Below, one piece after another: positions 9,780-19,582 of a stretch of 20,000 bases of DNA. The stretch lies in assembly GCF_004010195.1 (NCBI RefSeq), contig NC_057757.1, positions 8,639,257-8,659,256 of the forward strand, in the 5' to 3' direction. Position numbers and translations under genes: made by a program. The notes under the pieces are model-generated. The model was not told the DNA's origin. It did no database searches and was given only the letters and a program-made list of their open reading frames with translations. Position 1 is the stretch's first letter, and every line of letters starts with the position of its first letter. Source of the stretch: Chiloscyllium plagiosum. Lineage: Eukaryota.

Positions 9780-10681
9780 CCAACTTGATGACAATCGTGA
9801 TTCTCTCACGGGGAAATTGTGGTCTCTCTAACTGTGTGACTCGATATTTGGTGGCCATGGCAGTGGCAGATCTACTAGTCATTATCAATTATGTGATCCT
9901 GACACGAATTAAGGACTCTTATTTCCCGACTAATTTCCTGTTCATGACTCCTTTCTGTTCACTGCAATCTGCCCTGAATCATATTTCCACCGACATTTCA
10001 GTCTGGCTCACAGTTGCATTTACTTTTGATCGCTTTATTGCTATTTGTTGCCACAAACTCAAGACTAAGTATTGCACCGAAAGAACAGCAACCACCGTTA
10101 TAGGAACTGTCTGTCCAATCTTCTGTTTAAAGAACATACCATGGTATTTTGCATATGAAGCCTACAATATAACTGGCTTGATCCCATGGGGTTGTAGTAG
10201 AAAACTTGAGTATTACACTGTAGCTGCTTGGATAGCATTCAATTGGATTCACCGGTGGTTGACACCATTGATTCCAATATTTTTGATATTTCTCTTCAAC
10301 GCTTTTACTGTAGGACACATTTTGGCAGCGAGTAAAACCCGGAGGAGACTCAGAGCCAGTCGGAATGATAGGGATCAAAGTGATCCCAAGATACAGAGCA
10401 GGAGAAAGTCTGTTATCTTACTCTTTGCCATATCCAGCTACTTTGTTCTTCTCTGGGTGTCATATGTTGTTTATTTTGTGTTACTCCGCGTTACAACACA
10501 TTATTACACAACAGGATACAGTGATCCAATGTATATCGCAGACCAAACCAGCCACATGCTCCTCCTTTTGAGTTGCTGCACCAACACGTGTATTTATGTG
10601 ATGACCCAAAGTAAATTTCGAGAGCAGCTAACCAAGCTGGTGAAATATCCAGTGAAGATTATCTGTAAATCTATTAAATAA
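9780..10681 (+). CDS. GPR139/GPR142-like class A GPCR, coding exon 2 (TM1 second half to stop)
   Basis: Acceptor TCCTTCTCTTTTACAG|C at 9779/9780. Open frame includes ANL (TM1), AMAVADLL (TM2), FTFDRFIAICC (TM3), IPWYF (TM4), PLIP (TM5), LLWVSY (TM6), SCCTNTCIY (TM7) and helix 8 SKFREQL. Spliced CDS is 1002 nt, 333 aa. Confidence 0.93.
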
Positions 10682-10869
10682 AAAGCAAAACTGAGTGATT
10701 CTGAGCATTATTTCTCATTTGGATCATACATCCCAGCACAGACGATTTGAATGTCTTTCACGGTCCCAACAAAATTCAGTAGAATTTTTCAAATGTAGCA
10801 CTGGTAGAGTTCCATCAAGTTTGTGATTTCCAATCTCAGTCTCAGTCAACAACATAAAATTGCTACTAC

Positions 10870-10875
10870 AATAAA
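10870..10875 (+). other. Candidate polyadenylation signal of the GPCR
   Basis: AATAAA about 190 nt after the stop. Another AATAAA overlaps the stop codon (10677-10682). Confidence 0.4.
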
Positions 10876-11160
10876 ACAACAACTATATTGAAAGGTTATA
10901 ATAATGGAACTAAAGTCATAGAGATCTACAGCACAGGAAAAGGACCTTCGACCCATTGCTTCCATGCCATTCAAAATCAACCACTTAACTATTCGAATTC
11001 ATGTCATGAAACATTGGATTGTGACTCATTTCTCCATAACCAGGTACACTGGTGAGGTTCAGGTTGACCTGCAGCAGTTATGAAATGAAAGTAAGAATGT
11101 ACAAAGCGAATACGAAATGCAAAACGTATGAGCAGTACATTAGAACTTCTGAATATATCT

Positions 11161-11292
11161 TTCCATCTATCTGTCTGTCTATCTATCTCTCCACGTCTGT
11201 CTGTCTATCTCTGTATTATCTGTATACCTGTACTGTCCGTCCGTCCGTCCGTCCATCCATCCATCCATCCATCTATCCATCCATCTATCTAT
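11161..11292. repeat. Compound tetranucleotide microsatellite (TCTA/TCTG/TCCG/TCCA)n
   Basis: Directly visible runs, e.g. (GTCC)5 followed by (ATCC)n. Confidence 0.9.
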
Positions 11293-11619
11293 TATGCGAT
11301 TGAAAATTTTATCCATTTTCCCGAAGGTCACAAAAAACATTTATTCTACTTATCAATCATACTTCACTGTCAATTCTATAGGCTTTTCCATTTTAACATC
11401 ATTGGGAGATTTCTGTCAACTCCCATCTCCAGTTCATTTCAGAGTGATGCTTACTGATGCCCTTTTGTGAGTTGATTCAATTCATTTCTTTGCCCCAATC
11501 AGAAACATCCAATTCTCTTCATTTGTGAGTTCATTTCTGAACGACTTTAATTTTGCACTTCCTGAGTTCAAATTAGCTTGGTGACAACAAGTACACGCAC
11601 CATTCTTTACTGACACCAC

Positions 11620-11995
11620 CAGGCCAATCATTGTACTGTCTTTGATATATAATCACACACTGAGCTCCAGTCACACAACCAGCCTCCTTCCATCACTATC
11701 TGTCTCCTATCCCTAAGCTAGATTGACAAGTTACACTGGATCCCACAATTTTTGACATTCTTTACCTGTTTTCCAGGTAGGACCTTGTCAAAGGCCTTAA
11801 TGAAATCTATATAAACGGCATTAACTGCCCTAAACTCATTCAAACCCTCTGTCACCTCCATGTAACTTGTTAAGCATGACCTCCCTCTAATAAAGGCATG
11901 CTGACTCTCCCTAGTCAAATCCCCACCTCTCGAAATAGAGATTAAATTTCTCCTTCACAGTTATCTCCAACGGTTTCCCTACCATGAACTTAGAC
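11620..11995 (-). mobile_element. Degenerate CR1 RT fragment
   Basis: ESQHAFIRGRSCLT...AVYIDFIKAFDKV in ORF 11718-11918. Confidence 0.85.
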
Positions 11996-12119
11996 TGAGC
12001 AGGAATAGTGTCAACTGAGATTATTTGTTAAGACTACCTCATTGCAAACAAACACTGACCCAAAACGTGGATGAAACGTAAGGAGAATCATTATCCAAAG
12101 ATCCATTTTCACAAGACCA

Positions 12120-12530
12120 ATAAACAGAAGTAGCACATTAAGTCAGTTCCATCATTTAAGTGGATAACAGCTGCTCTGATAATCCTCAACTCCACTTTTC
12201 TGCCATTTCCCCGTAACTCTTGATCCCCTGACTGAACAAATCCAGTCTATTTTAGCTCTGAATGCATTAATGACGCAACCCCGACAGCCCCTCTGTCGTA
12301 AAGAATTCCACAGATTCGCTTTCTTCTGAGAAACGAAATTCCTCCCCATCTCTGTCTTAAAATGACTGAGAAATTATACCCTCTGGATCCAGACTCTCCA
12401 TAAGGGGGAGCAATCTTTCAGAATCTACCCTGTCAAGGCCGCTAATCATCTTATACCCTTCAATAAAATCTCCTTTCATTCTTATAAACTCTAATGAGTA
12501 CAAGCGCAAACAACAAAATCTCTCCTCGTG
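12120..12530 (-). mobile_element. CR1 3' fragment
   Basis: LRLYSLEFIRMKGDFIEGYKMISGLDRVD and RNFVSQKKANLWNSL motifs. Confidence 0.8.
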
Positions 12531-12768
12531 AGATTTTAGTAGAGAACAAGGAAATTTGGACTCTTTCATTTAGAAAAGAAAAGGGAGGTTTGGATATCCA
12601 GAGTGATCGTTTGACCCGGTTTATGTGTCATTAAAGGCTAGGCAAATACAAGGCAAAATCAGGATGTTTGTTAGCTTTTATGGAAGCGCGATTTGAGAAT
12701 GGGTGTGTGAAAGCTGATAGAGAGAAGTAGACAGAAGCTAGTGAGTTCAACTAGACAATGGCCAAACA

Positions 12769-13036
12769 GGGCGGAAGCATGGCGTTGCTACCTCATAACG
12801 CCAGGGAGCCGGGTTCGATTCCAGCCCTGAGTCTGTGTGAAGTTTGCACGTCCACCCCGTGTCTGCGTCAGTTACCTCCGGGTGCTCTAGGGAACTCCCC
12901 CCACAATCAAAAGATGTGCAGGTTAGGATGGATTGGCCGTGTGAGGTCAGGGAGCTGGGCATGGGTGGGATGCTCTTCAAATATTCAGTGCAGGCTTGAT
13001 GGTCTGAATGGCCCTTTCCTGCACTGTAGGAATTCG
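12769..13036 (+). mobile_element. HE1-type SINE
   Basis: B box GGTTCGATTCC, body GTCTGTGTGAAGTTTGCACG..CCGGGTGCTC..AAAGATGTGCAGGTTAGG, tail CACTGTAGGAATT. Confidence 0.85.
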
Positions 13037-13139
13037 AAGGAGTGACATTGTTAGGGAAACCTCATGCTTGCATGGGAATTCAAACTGTGGTATTATTCAC
13101 TACCCACCCAGCCAACTGAGCTACCCAACGGCTAAAGAC

Positions 13140-13690
13140 AAGCTCACTGTCTTGATAAAAATATAAAGAACCTTGGTGTGAACCCAGCTTCTTAAGCAAG
13201 CCAGGATTGATTTAACCAGAGAGGGAGTGCAGAGATGTTTCACCAGACCCATCCTGGGATAGGGGAACTTCCACAGGAGGAGAGATTGAGGAAACTGGCT
13301 CCTGAATTCAGTAGAATGAGAGGTGATCTCATTGAAACGTACACAATTCTTGCAGAGTGTGAGAGGGTGTAACTGTTCGGGATGTTTCCCTTGGTGGGTG
13401 AACCTGGATAGTCTCAGAATTCTAAAGAGCGTTATTTAGAATGGAGGTGAGGACGAATTTCCTCATTCGGAGCTTGCAGAATATTTAGAATTCCTTTCCC
13501 GAGGGCCTGTTGGAAGTCAAGCATCAAGCGTGCTCTCGCTAGATATCACCAGCTTGATGGGTAATGGCACCAAGGAATATGTGGATTGTCATTGGGAAAC
13601 AGAATGGTGGAAGGTGATCTGTATTAATGAGGGGAAAGGCATGAATTGCATCAACTGCTTATTCCCAATTCTATTACCTCTGTTTATATG
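13140..13690 (+). mobile_element. Degenerate CR1 3' fragment
   Basis: AGAATGAGAGGTGATCTCATTGAAACGTAC (RMRGDLIETY) and other CR1 3' motifs. Confidence 0.7.
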
Positions 13691-14139
13691 TGTTGCCATG
13701 TGGATGTGTGCCCAATATAGTGGTGTCAATTTTCCCAGCCACCTTCATCTTCGTTTCAACCATTAGCTCCAGCACTTCCATTTCACAGGTCAAATCCACC
13801 TTCGATTTCCTCTACTTTCATTATTTTTGTAACATAAAGAAGGGGGTCATCATCTGCCTGTCCTTCCAACAGGGTTCAGTAATATGTCAAAGCAGTTATG
13901 GTTGCAAGGTGGGTCAGTGGTTAGGAATGCTTCCTGATCGCGTGAGAGACCCATGCTCTCCACGTATCTGCGTAGGTTTCCTCTGGGTGCTCTGACTGCC
14001 TCCCACAGTCTGATTCAGGTTAGGTGGATTGGTCAAGCTGAATTGCCGAGAGAAAGTGAGGGCTGCAGATGCTGGAGATCAGAGCTGAAAATGTGTTGCT
14101 GGAAAAGCGCAGCAGGTCAGGCAGCATCCAAGGAACAGG

Positions 14140-14179
14140 AGAATCGACGTTTCGGGCATAAGCCCTTCTTCAGGATTCC
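14140..14179 (-). ncRNA. Minimal type I hammerhead ribozyme (PLE-like), minus strand
   Basis: GGAAUC-CUGAAGA-A-GGGC-UUAU-GCCC-GAAA-C-GUC/GAUUCU. The core is intact, with a 4-bp stem II, a 6-bp stem I (one G-U) and a palindromic ACGU in place of stem III. Confidence 0.75.
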
Positions 14180-14212
14180 TGAAGAAGGGCTTATGCCCGA
14201 AACGTCGATTCT
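14173..14212 (+). ncRNA. Minimal type I hammerhead ribozyme (PLE-like), plus strand
   Basis: Mirror copy: core CUGAAGA 14179-14185, stem II 14187-14198, GAAA 14199-14202, GUC 14204-14206. Stem I has one U-U mismatch at the palindrome axis. Confidence 0.7.
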
Positions 14213-14477
14213 CCTGTTCCTTGGATGCTGCCTGACCTGCTGCGCTTTTCCAGCAACACATTTTCAAGCTGAATTGCCCCATAGTGTCTACCGATGTGCA
14301 GGCTGGGTGGGTTAGCTCTGTTAATTAGGGTAGAGGGATGTGACTGGGTGTGATCCTCTTTGGCGGGTCGTGTGAACTCCACAGGCTGAATGGCCTGCTC
14401 CCAAACTGCAGGGATTCTATAATCCATTCTGGATGAGAAGCAATTGAAATGCCTTTTGTACCTGGCTTGGCCAAGGG

Positions 14478-14670
14478 CTCTAGCAGTGCAATGGCAGTGT
14501 CTCCACCTCTGAGCCAGGAGGGCCTGAGTTCAAACCCCACTTGCTCCAAGGTGTGTCATACCATCTCTGAGCAGTTTCCATTGGAAAGTACCCGGGGGGC
14601 TTCTGGTAGTCATGTCCTTGAGTTATGGAAGAACCATGTTTGTGTCCCACCTCCCACCAAGGGGTGTTAG
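14478..14670 (+). mobile_element. Older tRNA-derived SINE (with a probable second partial head)
   Basis: GCAGTGCAATGGCAGTGTCTCCACCTCTGAGCCAGGAGG..GAGTTCAAACCCCAC has A-box and B-box-like elements. Confidence 0.5.
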
Positions 14671-15337
14671 AATATTGTGTTCACTCCAGAGAAGTGTAGG
14701 CTTTTGTTGTACATTCATACTATTTAGTTAACACGTTTGGGAGCAACCGTGGGATTATGGAAAGTGTTTCTGAGGGGACTACCATAGCTTTAGAAGGGGA
14801 GATAGGTAGTCAGTGTTATCACAAATCTTGACAAAATGAGAGAGAACATCAAAAATAAGGTAACTATCAATTATATCCTGTGTAACCAGGGAGAGTCCGC
14901 TTTATCACCATGAAATGTAAAACTCACTTTATTTACTGATAAATCCTAACTTTAAAGAATTGCAACGTTCCTCTTGAAATTCCTTCATGTGTCTGTCCAG
15001 GAGTCTTACATTATCCGTTGTTTATCCAACAGTCTTTCACAGGCATTCCCTGCACTTTTCTTAGGCCAAGTCTATCCTGTTGCTAATGGGACTCCTTTTC
15101 TCATAATCCTGACCGTCCATACGTCTCACTGGTTCTCACTCACTTTGTGATGACTGACAACATGACAAAAGCTTTAACTCTTAACTAAATTAACCCCTTC
15201 AGTCAGCTTCCCTGATGTGGGAGACCGTGAAATGAAGGTGCAGCAGAACCTTTTGGATGAATTCCCCTTTTCAAGGCACAGAGGTTTACAGTTCAGAAAA
15301 AAATCTTGGCATCGGAAGTGCACATCTAAATACTTCG

Positions 15338-15845
15338 AGTCATAGGGTCATAGGTCACAGAGTGCTACAGCACGGAGCCAGGTCCTTTAGCCCTAACTGT
15401 TCTATGCCAACCAAAATGTCCATCCATTCTAACGCCATGTCCCTGCACTTGGCCTACGTCCTTATGGTCCTTTCATAAACATATATTTGTCCAAATTCCC
15501 CTTAAGTATTGTTAATGTATCCGCCTCAACCACTTCCTCTGGCAGCTCATTCCATTTGCGTACCACACGCTGTGTGAAAAAGTTGCCCCTCATGTTCCCT
15601 TTTATTCTTTCCCCTCTAACCGAAAACTGATTACCTCTAGTCTTCGATTCCCCAACCCTGGGTAAAAGACTGAGTGCGTTCACTCTGTCCATGTCTCTCA
15701 TAGTCTTATAAACCTCTATAAGTTGCCCCCTCAGTCTCCTACAGTCTAAAGAAAGAAGTCCTAGCTTATCCAACCTATCCCTATAGCTCAGACCCTTACC
15801 TCCTGGCAACAACTTTGTAAATTTCTTCTGTAAACTTTCCAGCAC
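15338..15845 (-). mobile_element. CR1/HER1 3' fragment
   Basis: ORF 15462-15845 reads GLSYRDRLDKLGLLSLDCRRLRGQLIEVYK...NFFTQRVVRKWNELP. Tail is (CTATGAC)n-like. Confidence 0.9.
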
Positions 15846-15849
15846 TTCT

Positions 15850-16300
15850 TCAACATTATTCAGGTTTCTGCATCTACCGTCCTTAAAGACAGTGTGTTTC
15901 AGATTCCTGTAAACCTCTGAGTGAAACTATTTTTTCCTGACACTAACCTCAAATGTATGGCCCCGGCCATTTCTTCCTGCACCAAGGGGAAAGATTTCTT
16001 CCAGTCTATCCTATTAATGCTCCTCATAATTTTATATATCTATATCTATATAATACATCATATAAATAAAGATATCTATTCATTTACACATGGTGACAAT
16101 ATGGATTGCACTGCCTGGGAAGTCAGTGAAGGCTGGAAACCTTCCAACTTTAAAAAAAAAATTGGTTGATTTCTTCAAATATCAGAACATTCAAGGATAT
16201 GGGGCGAATGCAGGAAATTGGGATTAGTGCACCGTCAGTGCTAGTTATGTCAGAACAGACACAATGGGCTGAAGTGTCTTTCCTGCTTTGGATGTATCAA
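15850..16300. mobile_element. Two degenerate CR1 3' fragments in opposite orientations
   Basis: A minus fragment (~15850-16035) and a plus fragment (~16080-16295) with CR1 3'-end motifs, separated by an AT-rich linker. Confidence 0.5.
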
Positions 16301-16480
16301 TAAATCTGTTAGATTGGGCGGCTGTTTAAGGTAAGTGCATATCTGATATCTGTGAATCTTTTAACGGCCTGTTAATCAGAGTTATGGACCAGCATGATCA
16401 TGTGATGATGGAAGACGAGGATGGCAAAATTTGGGAATCTTGGGTGAGAAGGGATATTGAAAGTTTACTCAAAAGACATC

Positions 16481-16788
16481 CTAGATTCCCTATAGTGTGG
16501 AAACAGGCCCTTCAGCCCAACAAATCCACACCGACTCTCCGAAGAGTAACCCACCCAGACCCATTTCCCTCTGATTAATGCACCGAACGCTACGGGCAAT
16601 TTAGCCTGGCCAATTCACTAGACCTGAATATCTTTGGACTGTGGGAGGAAACCGGAGCACCCAGAGGAAACCCATGCAGACATATTGAGAATGTGCAAAC
16701 TCCACACAGACAGTCGCAGATGCTGGAATCGACCTTGGATCCCTGGCGGTGTGAGGCAGCAGTGCTAACCACTGAGACACTGTGCCAC
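16481..16788 (-). mobile_element. HE1-type SINE, near full length
   Basis: Closely matches 5517-5815. Head CTCAGTGGTTAGCACTGCTGCCTCAC..GGTCGATTCCAGC. Confidence 0.9.
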
Positions 16789-17228
16789 AGAGTCATGGAG
16801 ATGCACAGCAGGGAAACAGACACTTCAGTCCAAACGTGCATGCTGACCAAATATCCTAAATTAATCTAGTCCCATTTGCCAGCATATGGCCCACATTCCT
16901 CTAAATCTTCCCTATTCATATAACCATCCAGGTGCCTTTTAAATGTTGCAATTGTACCAGCCTCCATCACTTCCTCTGGCAACCCATTCCACTCACGCAC
17001 CCCTCTCTACATGAAAATGTTTCCCTTTAGGTCCCTTTTAACTCTGTCCTCTCTCACCCTACATGTATGCACTCTAGATCTGGGCTGTTCCACACCAAGG
17101 AAAATACATTGCTGATTTATTATATCCATGCTCCTCATGATTTTATAAATCTCTATGAGGTCCCTGCTTAGCCTCTGACGCTCGGAAAATAGTCCCAGTT
17201 CAATCAACCTTTCCCTGTAGCTCAAGTT
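16789..17228 (-). mobile_element. CR1/HER1 3' fragment
   Basis: LSYRERLIELGLFSERQRLSRDLIEIYKIMR, plus the CR1 tail. Confidence 0.88.
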
Positions 17229-17229
17229 A

Positions 17230-17543
17230 GTTCCACTCAAAGACAAAGGAAGGGATTCATACCTGGAGTCAGAGGAAGTGGGTGAGGTCCTTTCACTGGT
17301 GTTTGCTTAGTGGAAGGATAAGGATTCGGGATGATTAGGGTAAGTTTAGGGAGGCTACACTGACATTTGAGGATATGTTGATATTTTAGGTTACATTATA
17401 TCATGAAGGAGGAAGTATTAGGTGACAGAAAGACGTTAAGATAACTAAGCCCCTGAGGACCTGATGGTATGTATCCTGGGATACTGTAGGAGGCAGGAGA
17501 GGAAATTACTGGGGCCTTGACAGAAACCTTTGTATCATCTTTA
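17230..17543 (+). mobile_element. Degenerate CR1 ORF2 internal fragment
   Basis: Motifs resembling K.PGPDGMYP.IL.EA.EEITGALTE.F. Confidence 0.65.
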
Positions 17544-18015
17544 TAGAGTCACAGAGACATAAAGTCACACAGCCCAGGAACAAACCTTTAGTCCAACCTG
17601 TTCATATTGACCATAATTCTAAACTAAACTAGTCCCAGCTGTCTGCGCTTGGCTCGTATCCCTCCAAACATTTCTTATTCATGTACTATCCAAATCATCT
17701 TTTTAACCAATATAACTGAACTCACATCCACGGCTTCCTGTGGAAGTTTATTCCACACATGAACCATTCTCTATGTAAACGATAACCGCCACTCATGTCA
17801 TTTAAAATCGTTCTCCCCACACCTTAAAAATGCCCCCTCATCTTGAAATAATGGCAGGGAAAAGACACCTGCCATTCTCCTTGTCTGCACCCCTCATGAT
17901 TTTATAAACCGCTATAAAGTCACCCCTCAGCCTCCTATGCTGCAGGGAGAAAAGTCCCAGCCTATCAAGTCTCGCCTTATAAATCAAACGCTCTGTTCCC
18001 CAGCAACATCCTGGT
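17544..18015 (-). mobile_element. CR1/HER1 3' fragment
   Basis: Reverse strand RLGLFSLQHRRLRGDFIAVYKIMRG, plus a (CTATGAC)-like tail. Confidence 0.85.
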
Positions 18016-18109
18016 TGCTGCGTTGGTCTGTACAGCCACCTATGGGCTCACCCTGAGACTGGAAGAGTGTCATCCTTGTCTGTGAGGGACCGCCGATGAT
18101 GATGGTGTT

Positions 18110-18322
18110 GCCTAGTTGAAGAGGGATGTAGTTATGTTGGAGGCAGTTCTGAGGAGTGTTCACGACACACTCACCTGGGATATGGGGTTAGTCTTATGAA
18201 GAGAGATTGAGCTGTCCAGATGGATACCTTTTGCAGCTTAGACGAGTGAATGGAATCGAGTTGAGGTCTGCAACGATGGAACAGGTTCGATGGGCTGAAT
18301 TCCTAGTTCTTATGTTCTCATG
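18110..18322 (+). mobile_element. Degenerate CR1 3' fragment
   Basis: GLVL/SYEERL-like segment and tail GATGGGCTGAAT..TTCTTATGTTCT. Confidence 0.55.
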
Positions 18323-18877
18323 TATGGAGATGAGCCAGTTACTTGAGAGATATTCACATTGAGCTGTACGTTCCTGAAGTACAGATTTCTTTGAAATTGT
18401 TCATACTTTCAGGCAGTTCTAAAGCTGTAGAATGCTTTTTGCTAAAAAAAAAATCAGGATTATTCAGAGTATCTCTGGGAATGTTTCTCAGTTTCTTTTC
18501 TTCTAAGCATTGAATCTCAGCAAGCCGATCCAGTTTTCAGTCAACTCGCAAGGTTCCATCTGAAAAACAGTCTCACATTGTAATCGGGCCTTTGCTCATT
18601 TATACATCATTTGCATGAATAGACATAACATTTCATCTTTTATGTCGGTTATGAGAGCAATTTGATGTACTTTGTTGGTTTACATAAAGCATACACAGAG
18701 TGCAAGTATGAATAGAAAGTATCAGAGTGCAAGGGAGCAGCTAAGTCTGTTTTTTCAATGAGAGTGAATATTATCGGTCCTCTCAGAGCATAATTAAGCA
18801 ACTAGAGGTTTGTCTGTATCATAAGAAGGAATGCTCAACTCTCAGTGTCAAACAATTCTGTTTGTTCCCCTGTTCCA

Positions 18878-19170
18878 GGGCAGCACGGTGGCTCACAGTG
18901 CTAGGGACATGAGTTTGATGCCAGCCTTGGGGATCTGACTGTGTGGAGCTTCTCCCATCGTCTGCGTGGGTTTTCTCCAGTTCCCCCCAACAACAATCCG
19001 AAGGATGTGCAGTATAGGTGAATTGGGCATGTTAAATTGCCCATAGTGTTAGGTGCATTCGTCAAGGTCAAATGTCGGGAAATGTGTCTAGGTGGGTTAT
19101 TCTTCAGAGGGTCTCTGTAAACTTATTAAGCCAAAGAGCTTATTTTCACACTGTAAGGAATCTAACCTAA
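18878..19170 (+). mobile_element. HE1-type SINE
   Basis: Head GGGCAGCACGGTGGCTCA, body TAAATTGCCCATAGTGTTAGGTGCATT, tail CACTGTAAGGAATCTAA. Confidence 0.85.
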
Positions 19171-19174
19171 TACA

Positions 19175-19582
19175 AAGCCTGGGACTTTTCTTACTGGAGT
19201 GGAGGAGGTTGAAGCGTGACCATACAGAGTTTTATGATATCATGAGTGGCAGAGATAAGTTGATAAGGTTGGAAACAGCCGGAGAACCTAGCTCCATGGA
19301 ATGGTCTTCCCTGGGAAATCAGGGACACATCCTGTCTCTGTGTCAACTTTTTCTCTCATGTGCGGAAGTGAGTTCAACTGCAGCTCCTGATTTACCGCGT
19401 GGAGCACCTGGAGCTATGGAAATACTCACTATGGAGCATCCACAAGGATAGGAACGTCATGGATAGCCTGTTGAGTGATCTGGGCACACCACCAGTAAGG
19501 ACAATACAAACAGAGAAGAGTTTGGTGATGAGCAGGAAGATGAGGAAGCAGAGGCAGGCAGTGCAGGAGTCACTTATGACCA
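19175..19582 (+). mobile_element. CR1 fragments: a short RT 3' piece followed by an ORF1 N-terminal remnant
   Basis: LGLFLLEWRRLKRD (19175-19260). Then a CRK...QLQLLIYRVEHLEL...RQAVQES segment resembling the CR1 ORF1 Zn-finger/coiled-coil region. Confidence 0.65.

Larger units (their letters stand above)
14048..14263. mobile_element. Penelope-type palindromic insertion with a 15-bp TSD
   Basis: Perfect inverted repeat 14086-14175 / 14177-14266 (90-bp arms, 1-nt spacer). TSD TCAAGCTGAATTGCC at 14033-14047 and 14264-14278. Confidence 0.9.
13900..14430 (+). mobile_element. HE1-type SINE interrupted by the palindromic element
   Basis: GGTCAGTGGTTAG head, CTGGGTGCTC..CCTCCCACAGTC, CAGGTTAGGTGGATTGG..GCTGAATTGCCC, tail GGGATTCTAT. 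Confidence 0.82.

Noticed and set aside
11052..11457. ORFs with low-complexity PSIH/SIYL repeats
   Set aside because: Translations of the microsatellite.
12769..12830. tRNA gene-like A/B boxes
   Set aside because: These are SINE heads; there is no complete cloverleaf.
14048..14263. Interpretation as a DNA-transposon MITE, a miRNA gene or a terminator
   Set aside because: Asymmetric ends, a 15-bp TSD and hammerhead cores favour a Penelope-type origin. A perfect 90-bp stem is unlike a pre-miRNA.
13953..14315. ORFs on both strands sharing the peptide KMCCWKSAAGQAASKEQENRRFGHKPFF (similar in 5653-6039 and 5693-5956)
   Set aside because: These arise from the perfect palindrome and repeat homology; there is no evidence of protein coding.
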